Assembly (NCBI GenBank): GCA_045837725.1 | Contig: JBEWZL010000163.1 | Span: 310,001 to 374,000, forward strand | Source: Vermamoeba vermiformis | Lineage: Eukaryota | Length of the DNA: 64,000 bases | Direction: 5' to 3' | Shown: positions 38,375 to 49,100 of the stretch, piece by piece | Position numbering within the stretch: position 1 is the stretch's first letter | How the letters are laid out: the number at the start of each line of letters is the position of its first letter | Translations under genes and position numbers: made by a program | The notes under the pieces: model-generated | The model's input: the letters and a program-made list of their open reading frames with translations, nothing else | Databases searched by the model: none | What the model was told of the DNA's origin: nothing

Positions 38375-40798
38375 ATGGAAGAATATGCCACAAGAAGTTA
38401 TCAAGTAAGTCAACGTTATTAGTTCGGTTAATTATGCGATCAGAAAATTGATCTCTGGTGGTACTAATTATTTCGCTTAATTATCATTATTTACTTAGTA
38501 AATAATCGCCACCATTTTTAAAAATGATTATTGGTTAAAATAATCGATTTTAATACTAAAATAACGATCCGTGTCAATTTAGTTGCTAATTCTTGCACTC
38601 AGGATGCTCTTCGCGTATTAAATCAATTACAATCCAATGCAGCTACAATATCCGACTGGGCGAAAAGCAGGCACTTGGATCTGACTTCGCTTTTGATGGA
38701 AGAGATGCGCCAATACATGACAAGACTTCGCGTAGACGTATGTATTTATGATTAATTTACGTGCATCGGATAATTAAATTTGTATCATAGATTGACGCTT
38801 TGTCAGCGAAGAGCATCCACGTTGCGGGTACAAAGGGCAAAGGATCCACGTGTGCCATGGTAGAATCAGTAATTCGAGCTCATGGATTCACTACAGGTAC
38901 ATAAATAAGCATAGTTATCATAACTTGAGCGAGCGTTGCTACACCGCGAGCAACTTACATTAGATGCGCTCTTTGTACAACTCATTTAGTACGTGTTATT
39001 CGAGTAAATTAATTATATATGACTCCTTAGGATTATATACATCACCACATCTCGTTACAGTTCGAGAACGAATCAAAATCAACGGCAAGCCAATTTCAGA
39101 AGAGACATTCACCAAGTACTTCTGGGAGTGCTGGGACATGCTCGAGGCCACTAAAGTACGTACTATTACACATTGTATATTCAAATACTAATATTCTTAC
39201 TTAGACACCATTGCATACAGATCCGAATTACTTTAGGTTTTTAACCATGTTAATGTACCGTATATTCCAAGAGGAGAAGGTAGAGTTTAGGAGATTGTAC
39301 AATATCGCATGTTATCTAATGGCATATTTATAGGTTCAATGTTTAGTTGTTGAGGTTGGCATGGGAGGACGAGCCGATCCGACCAACGTACTGACACATC
39401 CGGTAAGTCAAATCATAGTATATATAGTATAGACTAATATTATAGCAGGCTGTTTGCGGTATTACAACGCTCGATTACGACCACATGAATGTTCTTGGCA
39501 ACACGATCCAAGAAATTGCCTTCGAGAAGGCAGGCATTATGAAGGTTAGCGCAATAAGAGAAATTTCCTAATATAGTATATGCTCATGTTATTCAACAAT
39601 AGGAGAGATCTCCTGCGATCACAGTGCCTCAGCTTGTCGATGCAATGCCAGTGCTAGTAGACAAAGCATCAAAAGTTCACGTAAGGACGACGATGTGCCT
39701 TTCAATTTCATTAAAACTAACGAGCCAATCAGACTTCATTACGCGTCACATCGCCGCTCAGTTCGTATTTAGACGTGACTTCTAAGAAATTCAAACTCGG
39801 TCTTGCAGGAGACTTTCAACAAGTTAATGCTGCAATGGCCGTTGCTTTGGCCAATGAGTGGCTATTGAAATTTGACAGCAGAGGCGTCCAAAGTCCAACC
39901 GAGCCAGTAGTTCCCAAACTAGAAGACGGCGCGATAGATTATAACAACACGTTGCCAAAATATCACGTGTTCTCGTTGTCAAAAGAATTTATCAAAGGCC
40001 TGAAGCACTGCGAATGGCCTGGACGTGCACAAACAATTAAAATGAAGGTAGGTCTCGTCTATAGTTAAATTTTCAGTGTACTGAGTGTGCTTGTAGGATA
40101 CGGGCTTGTATTTCTTCATTGACGGAGCGCACACGACACGTGCCATGGAGCATTGTTTGTCGTGGTTTGGCGAAGACTCACATGTACATAATGACGGAAC
40201 AATAGCCGAGGGTCGTGCTTTTGAAGAACTGGCGATTGATCGGGATGACTTGAAGCACGAAGTGACACATGTCAACGTGGACCAAATGACACGTGATCAA
40301 AAGTTGAAGGACGACAAGGTTGTGCGAGTATTAATCTTTAACTGCAATCCTCCACGAGAGCCACAAAGCCTCTTAGATCCGATTTGGAATTTCACAAAAT
40401 CAAACGAGAAGAATATTGACTTTGATTACGTATTTTTTACCGCGAGCAAGGTCACTTTGAAGAAGAAAGATCAAAGCAACACTTTATCACAGACACGCGA
40501 GGCTCAACAAGTCAACGCAGCTGGTCTTACTAGCAGCAACATAGCGCTTCAACGGTCGATGAAAGAGTTGTGGCGTCAGTACGAGTCCGTCAAAGGTACC
40601 TCCGCGCAACAACACCAAAGCACAGTTGAAGTGTTTGGCTCGATCAACGAGGCCATTAAGACTGTTTTAGACCTCGAGAGGAGTTACGCGCCTGCACAAA
40701 AAGAAGTCCACGTGTTAGTCACGGGCAGTCTCTATTTGGTTGGAGGTGTACTGGATGTAATTAATTATCAGATTGCGGACAGACTTGATGATAAATAG
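38375..40798 (+). CDS. FPGS: Folylpolyglutamate synthase
   Basis: [82 protein letters not shown]. Confidence 0.95.
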
Positions 40799-40977
40799 TG
40801 GTTCAAAATACATCATATTTTTATTAATACTTATTTGTGCCTACGCTAGTCAGGTTAGGCCGTAGATCAAGTCCGGATTCCCCGGGAAGTTGTCTTAAAT
40901 ACTGGTACTAGAATTGAACTTCGTTCAGAATACAACTAGTTCCATAACTACATAGTCCTTAATGGACAAGTCCAGTA

Positions 40978-42091
40978 GGGAGGCAATAAGTTTCTACCGG
41001 TCCGAAAGTTACGTGTAAATTTGGCCCTGCCTTGTACTTTTTACACGGCCATGTCACCTTGTAATTTTTTACAAGTACAAGGCACAGCGATTCTTGTAAA
41101 CTACAAAGAGGGTCAAATAGAGTTGAAATTAGTCGGTTGTACATCGGAATATCCAAGCATAGTAATTGGAGCTGGGGGTCAGTGGATTCAGGCGGAGTGG
41201 ACCTAGATCGGATTAGCTTCACCAATAGGCTTGGTGATACAGCTGCGGTTTCAACGGGAAAATAATTACTATTTCTAATCAACGTTCGGCTGATAGTAGA
41301 AATCAAAAACAAAGCAACTAGACTCGGGGATTCAGATCCTTTTCTTAAAAAATTTATTTTCTGCTGTAACATGGCAACTAAACGTTCACTAGGTATGTAC
41401 GTAATTATCGACCGTCAGAAATGGCTTCACCACAAAAATATTTTGATCGATAAGCTGATGTGGATCCGCTACTTGTGACTAATATAAAAACGTTACGTAT
41501 GCATGAATTCGAGTCAAACTCTAAGGTCTATCTCTAGCCGCCTCCTATTATGTAATGACAACATTGATCGGACTTACAATATTCCTCATCAGTAGAAAAA
41601 CACCGGGAAAGATGCTCGTTTAACATAATTTTTTTCGATCCGTTGTTTGAACAGAAAGATAAGAAGTTCAGCCAAATTTCGGTAGGAGGAGAATTTCAAC
41701 GTCGTAAATAACTGTGCAGTGAAGCTATATCTTTGTTTCAAGTGCGTTTATTGTTGGATGCATCCGGGATTCGCCTTCAATAAGAACCACTCACCATCGT
41801 CTGTTATATCCGTAAATGAAGTGCTAAAATATACTTAAAGAAACTGTTTAAAATTCGCCAAGCTTTATACTACTATAAAACTAAGGATACGGTGCTCATC
41901 TGTCAGTGGATCGAGTATTTCTATGGATTACGTTCAAATTCTGGGCGACAGGGGGCTTAATAAGCAAGGCGTACGGTTTTTGATTAAGCCTTGCCTTGTA
42001 CAAATTACAAGGTGACATGGCCGTGTAAAAAGTACAAGGCAGGGCCAAATTTACACGTAACTTTCGGACCGGTAGAAACTTATTGCCTCCC
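40978..42091. mobile_element. Non-autonomous TIR DNA transposon (1114 bp; Merlin- or Mutator-like ends)
   Basis: 40978-41067 is the exact reverse complement of 42002-42091 (90 bp, GGGAGGCAATAAG...CTTATTGCCTCCC). It is flanked by the direct repeat GTCCAGTA at 40970-40977 and 42092-42099. No transposase ORF seen inside. Confidence 0.92.
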
Positions 42092-42167
42092 GTCCAGTAC
42101 TGCCCCTTTTGGGGGTCCCCAAAATCTTATTTGTGCCAATCCTTTTAACAACCACAATAGAGTGGAA

Positions 42168-44255
42168 ATGACTTACCTCGTTGAGTATGCAGCTACTGCC
42201 CGCTCTTCTTGCCATTGGCTTGATTGCAAAGACGCAGCAATCGAGCAAGGTGAACTTCGGATCGGAAAAGTAAGCGTTTCAAATATTATTTTATTTCTTG
42301 TATAAAATATTGACGTATTATTATTACTTCGTTTATTGCGGCCAACTGCTAATAGGAATTTTAATTAATTAATTTTTATAGGGAAACAGCCAAACTACTT
42401 GGTACCACGTTGATTGTAAGTTAATACTATGGTTTTTAGTATAGATATATATATTGATATATTGTTAGGCTTTTTTAAATACTTGGTAGAGCTTGGTCCC
42501 AAAACCATCAAATTACAATCATGGCAGAATTTTGTGCGAAAGCGAGAGGATCCCACGGAAGAAGACCAACAGCTGTTGGACGATAAAATAAAGCAGTGTC
42601 ATAAAGACAAGGCAAATAAAAAGCGAAAGGCAGAAGAAGATATCAACGACAGATACGCTAAAATTGCAAAATTAGATCTGCCACCGTTATTTACCGACAA
42701 CTTGATCGAGTTATTATGTAGATTTAATACCAAAGACTTATTAACAGCTTCGCGAGTAAACAAACAGTTTTACGCAGTTTCCAGGAAATTATTGTACGCG
42801 CGCGAAGTGACAGTGACGCACAAAAAGTTTTACAATACAACGGCGAAGCAGTTACCATTCGTCATGCAGCTCAAAAAATTGAAATTTGAACAAAGATCTA
42901 TTGACACAGACTGCCACGATGATAAGTACACGCAACTACTCGCACAAATGACCAACCTGCAGTCGATCCACGTACCATTATTGGACACCGAGTTCGTCTT
43001 TCCAGCACTCAAAAACTTGACGCAATTGACGTCAATGACACTTCAATTAAGAAAGGAGCCATTTAACAGCGTCCAGAGTCACGTGTCAGTGCTGTCATTT
43101 GACGCGTTCAAAGAACTGAAAGAATTGAGTCTGGCACAAGTCCCGAAAGTTCTAACCACCGAGTTGTTGCCGTTAAGTAGTCAGTTGACGTCATTGTCCT
43201 TGAAAATGGTCAAGATCAGCAGCCTAAGTAGGTTCAACATACTGTGATTTTTCTCGGTCAGACTGGTGGGCACCAAGCATTTTATTAATTTTATTTCTGC
43301 GGCAGGGATGTTCACAAACCTCGAACACTTAGAATTCACCCCAGACATTGGTGATAGTGCTAACGTCGACAAGCTGATTCAAACTGAGGCCTTTGAACTG
43401 CCTCACTTGACCTCGTTGAAAAGTGACTGCCCAGGATCTGACTTTACAAAGTGGACGAGATTGAAGGCTCTCCAAGTACGTTTAGATATATTATTAACAG
43501 TCTAGCTCATTATTTTGCATTTAATTGCAGTTTGGTGGATCGTACGCGTATTCCGAGGTCAATTCGTTATTGCCGCCAAATTTAGAGCGGCTCTCCACCC
43601 GTTCATTAAAATTACCCGAAGTGCTTCCAGCATCACTAAAATACCTAGATATCGGCACTATAAGAATTTATATGGACGAGGAGGCTACTCTAGAGCCTCT
43701 TTATAAGTCCATGCGATCAACGAGTAAGTGCTCTACGACAAATGAAGTCTAGATGCAGATCCGTTATTTCACTCAAAATGAAGAACTCCCGCCCTGCTTT
43801 ATTAGCATTTTCTCTCCTAGCTATGGGTATCGCAGTCAAGGTTGTTTCTATGGACTGCGCGCCTAGGGTTGTTCGAATGAAAACGGATCTGCATTTGACG
43901 GGAGTTAGGATACTATATTATACTAGGAGGAATATAGTATAATATACTCCCTAGGGATAGACACTGACAAGGTTATATAATATTAGATGAGGACTGCACC
44001 ATTGAGCTGAATTGCGGCGAGTTTTTGAAGCTACCCGAAGACATCAAAACAAGAAACAATATGACGCTAGTAATAGTGGTTAATGGCTACGGAAATACCA
44101 CGTGGGACGAAATGTCAAAGTTTTTTGCGGATACTTTGCCACAGCGCTTGCACATCACTTTTCGTCACTGGAAGAACTGTCGTTACAAGCCGAAGTTGTT
44201 GGAGCTGCTCACATCAGTTGAAAAACGCACTCGATTGCTCGTTGATTTCAAATGA
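42168..44255 (+). CDS. PARP-type zinc finger + F-box + LRR-like protein, multi-exon
   Basis: Exon 1 MTYLVEYAATARSSCHWLDCKDAAIEQGELRIGK and exon 2 GNSQTTWYHVDC give the zf-PARP C-C-H-C pattern. Then LPPLFTDNLIELLCRFNTKDLLTASRVNKQFY (F-box) and leucine repeats (LKNLTQLTSMTL, LKELSL, LTSLSL, LEHLEF). Confidence 0.8.
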
Positions 44256-44487
44256 GCCCGAGCTGCTGCTGTTGTACAATTTTGGAATTTTTTTATTAAT
44301 ACATCGATGTCTAATGACACTCGATTCGCGCAAATTTTGATTGGAAATAATTGCAGGTATAATAAACTACCCGAATTTGAGATCCTCCATTGAAATTTCT
44401 TTGTCGTGACACCTTTCAGCTAACAAAATCGTCGCGGAACGTAATGTTACTAACACGAGCAGAAGAGCACTCAGAACTATCCATGCA

Positions 44488-46103
44488 ATGGAAAAAATCA
44501 AGAAGTTACCAAAGAGTACGTATTGACAATTTTTTAAGACCGATCTGATCCGGTAAAACCTTTCACTTCAGTTAAAAAAAATTCATGGGATTATTTTCAT
44601 ATGTTAATTATTATAATATATAGCACAGAGGGCGACCGAGGATGAAACAGAAATTAAGGCAATTTTAATAGGTAAATAATTGACACTTGATGTAGGACTG
44701 TGCTGCAAGTCATATTAGATAATATAAATTATGCAAAAATAGTCATTAATTTTAAGAATATTAATTTAATAAGAAATTTAGGAATGCCGCGAGCGCATTT
44801 AACCCACGTTGCAACGCAATTCGCTTTGTTTGGTCGCCACACGCTCTCCAAAGATGACCAATTCAAGTTACAATTCTTAGAATTGCCGAGATATGAATAT
44901 GGATCGCAATCTGTGCCTACTCTCGTTACAGGTAAAAATAAATTTGGATCGCATCCGGATGTAGTCCGATGTTTCAATTGTGAAATAGGTTCCTAATGCG
45001 ATATTTTAGGTCCTGGAGTAGACTTAACGCGCACGCTACCTATTGAGATGCTAATGAAGGTTATTGAATACATTCCTCCTGGTGACTGCTTGCGCCTGAG
45101 CGAATCCAACAAATTTTTCTACCAAAGTAAGTGAAACAAGAACCATATTTACTAATAGACGATAAATACAGTCGTCTTCTACAATTATATTGATTTGAAG
45201 TGCTTAATGGCATTCTAACTTTGTACTGGATGTAGTCATGAAAGAAGAATCGTTCTGGAATGCTTATTGCGAGAAAGTACTAAGATCTGCATTTAAAGAT
45301 GATTATGCGAAGATATTAGAGCGTAATACACTAAGTTATAAGCGACTAGCTCTTCATATTTTTGGCAAACGAGATCCAGTCAGGATTTATTCTGATTGGC
45401 AGTCCTATCAACGACTAGAGCGAAGTAAAAATGATGAAAGTATAGCTAAAGAGATTAAAAAAGAGATTAAGAAGAAGAAATTCAGGAAGATAGTCAGATT
45501 CGATACTTTTAATGCTCATGATTTCGAGATCCGCCTTACCGATCATGATTACGTGCATTATTTCTTCTTAGTAAGTCCTTATTGAAAACAATATACATAT
45601 ATAAGCGCTAACTACCATATTTAGGTTACTCTGTTGGAGTATAACTGGCAGATCGAAGACGATCAAGGACAAAAAAGTTATTTTGAACGGTCCGCGGAGT
45701 CGATTAAGAAATTCTGCGAAAAAGAAGTCGAAGAGAAGAAGAAATCAGTGCCTATAAAGAAGCACAAGCTCGTTGGTATTGAATACACCATTTTGTTCGT
45801 TGGATTTGACATGTTTCAGCATTTTCAGCAAAAAACACAAGCAGCACCACAAGGTAAATACTATAAACACCATATACCATCGATTAATAATAATTTCTCA
45901 CTTTGACGCTAGATCCGGGAGCAGATCGGGTTTTGTCATCCTTGGAACAAGTCACAACGTATTTCAGCTCCTTGCTGGACCATACAACGCATCCAATGCG
46001 ATTGAGACACATAATAGATCTACTAGATACGACCAATATGCTCGCCGTGTACACAGCTCTCATTGACTGCGTTGAAATCTCTTCGCTGGTGAAGATTGTA
46101 TAG
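44488..46103 (+). CDS. F-box protein, multi-exon
   Basis: Exon near 45011-45126 encodes DLTRTLPIEMLMKVIEYIPPGDCLRLSESNKFFYQ, followed by EESFWNAYC. Start and exon joins inferred. Confidence 0.72.
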
Positions 46104-46107
46104 CCGT

Positions 46108-49100
46108 TTAGTTATTAAAATCAAACACAGAAAGATCGTAGTCGTCGCTGCTCGCTTGCACTAAAAGAAGAGTTGGTTTTGACATCTTTAGCAGCAGTGC
46201 TACTGCGTATTCTTTCGCGCGGACGTGTTGATAATGATGCATCAACATGGGTGCGTAATCGACTGCTGTTTCACCTGCGTTGTTTTTGATCGTCGGTTGT
46301 GCTCCACCTGTCACAAATAAATGTCGTGTTTAGATAACGAACTAGTAGCAAAAGAATCAAATCGATATGAGGAGTAGCTGTGAAAAATTAACTATCGCCC
46401 GAAGATATTTCACGAAATGAGTCCGGTTCATGAACAGTGTTACGTACCATCGAGCATTTTGAATGCAACCATGCAGTATTTTGGCGCGTCAAACGATTTC
46501 AAGTTGCACAGCATTGCTTCGAGTGCACCAACATGGAAGTATCGACACACAATGTGCAGCGCTGTGTCACCTGCGTTGTTTTGAATGTTCAAGTCAGCGT
46601 CAGGACACGTGATCAGGTATTCCATAATAGGCAGTAGTTCGATCGATTCATAAACGCCGTCGTTTTTGTCTTCTCCTTCATCGTCTGACTCGCTGATATC
46701 ATTATTTTTGTCTTTTTGCTTCTTGGTCACGTAGACTTGGTACGCCTCTGATTCATCACCAAAACGATTTTCGAACAATCTTTGTAACAGCACCATCAAT
46801 GGTGTGTTGCCGTCTTCATCTTGCGCGTTGATCTCGTTGTCGTATTGTGTCGTTATTGACTTGACAAGGTCGAGATCGATTGACACTTGAGGTATTTGCA
46901 GCATCGAGTGCAAGATTGTCTGAGATATTTTATGTTTGTGAATGCGTGAAGGGGCGCGGGTAGGTCCTAAACAATGTGGTTAATAACGAAAACTTGATCA
47001 GGATAAATGACAGCACTTGCCTTTTTTGGCAATATCGAGCACTTTCTTTTTTTCTGCCAAAAGTAGCGATGACATGGAAAGCAATATTTGCAGACACGTT
47101 TCGCCTCTATTATTCTCCAAATTGAGGTTAATATTGCACGTCTCTATCAAAGCAACCAAATTTTTGAAACTGAACCCTAGCTCATCGATGTCTTTGCAGC
47201 ATTCGATCAACCTTAGAATAGTATTATTAGATCCTATTCTTATATATATTAATTAAGTCGGGCTTACAAGTGAAAAGGTGTCTCGCCATTGACATTGCGA
47301 TGATTCCATAAGAAGATTAGTTCGTGGAATTCAGCCAGATCCGCATTCAGTAGGTGCTTGCCTCGGCCCATAACGAGCTTTCAAAAATCATTTAATACAA
47401 TAATATATATTAATAATAATGTTATTTGTTACTTACTAAGTGCAGCAAGGTGTTGCCGAATCGATCCGTCAATGACAAGTCAGCACTCGGCAAGAACACT
47501 CGCCAGTCATATTTGCTTTTGTTGTTGTCACACACCAACCTGAAATAATCACAATTAGTCACAGAGGTTAAGGGTTCTATTAATTATACTCACGGCGGTT
47601 TGTTTTCTGAATCCGCTTTTGGTTTTCTTTTTCTGGCGATCCAACCAGGTTCTGTCAAAGAAAACTTTGGGACAAACGTTCCAATATAGCGGCGGCTACA
47701 AGTACATCAGTTATATAATCAACGAATGTGCAACGTGACTAACTTACTGAGGGATGTTTGTTTCAACCGAAGTACTCAACATCATTGTATTGCAATGTGT
47801 GAGCCATTGACACACTGTGGCAACCTTGTTATTGATTGCAAACAGTATCATTAGTGCTAGTAACACGCAACGAGAGGTTAGTGGTCGAGAACAACGGTTG
47901 ATATAATGACTTGTACTCACGTGTCAGGTTCAACGAGTAGCTCTGAGCATTGACATTTGCACCGTTCTTGATCAGATACGAGGTCATGTCGTAGTTGCAG
48001 AACATAGCTGCATGATGTAGTGGGGTAAGGCCATCGACGTCTCTATATAGCACATCATTAGTGTAAATACAAATCAAGATGATGATCAGCTAACTACCTC
48101 GCCTCGAGCGCAACACCAGACTCGGTGTTTTTCAGCACCAAGTCCAGCAAGTCTGGTGATCCCACACAAGCAAGTAAATGGACCAAAGATCGCTTGAAGT
48201 GCTGAGAAGATCTTAGTTGAATACATACGTAAGACGCAGACGTACCTTGTCGGTCAACGTGAAGTCAATGCCTTTGTGTTGAAGCAGGGTCAATGTTTTC
48301 TCGTACAAGTTGCCGCGATCTCCATGATTATGTGCATTGTATCCGTACAACCAAGCCATCACTGGCGTGATTCCAATCTCGTCTTGAGCATTGATATTCG
48401 CTCCGTGCTCGAGCAGCAGTTGTGCAAATGGATAGTTTGACGAGTAAAGTGCTGCGTGAAGTGGAGTCCATCCGTGGTTGTCCTGTGGCGCGTTACTATT
48501 AGCTTGTGATGGCACACATTAATTTCATTGGAAATTCTTACGGCAAGGTTGACGTCAGCGCCGTACTTCAACAAGAGTTGAGCGTTCATGTATTTCGTGT
48601 GCACTGTCGCCGAAGATTTGCAAAGAATCAATAGCGGAGTTTCTCCGAATTCAGAGCGCACATTGATGGCGTCTTTATGATGCACAATCAACTCTTCGAG
48701 TGCTTCCATCGGGTTGAACGGTACAAGTGGCTGAGGTGCGGCGTACATTGGCATCTTTTGGGACAGGAAGTCGAGGTGATAATTGGGTGCGTCTGCTGTT
48801 GGTAATGGCCCATGCGTCATTGGTTGTGGAGTGGCAGTTGGGGTATATGGATATCCAAGTGTTGTCGGTGGTACCATCGGCATATTGGCAACAATCCTGC
48901 CGGGGACATATGTACTCGGGACGGGTCCATGGTTCATGGTTGGCACAGGTGATATCTGTGTTCCTAGTGGCAAGATGCGATTCGAGGGTAAATGTGCCGG
49001 GGACATCGTCATGGTGTGCGGTAGTGGTCGATGTTGTGGCTGCGTGTTGATGTACGTTGGTGCCTCGAGACTCATTGCGTCTTGTTGCAGCTGCGAGGCA

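Noticed and set aside
40959-41372. ORF sharing the peptide NYKVTWPCKKYKAGPNLHVTFGPVETYCLP with ORF 41991..42305, suggesting duplicated genes
   Set aside because: The shared peptide is just the translation of the two transposon TIRs. The real gene starts at 42168.
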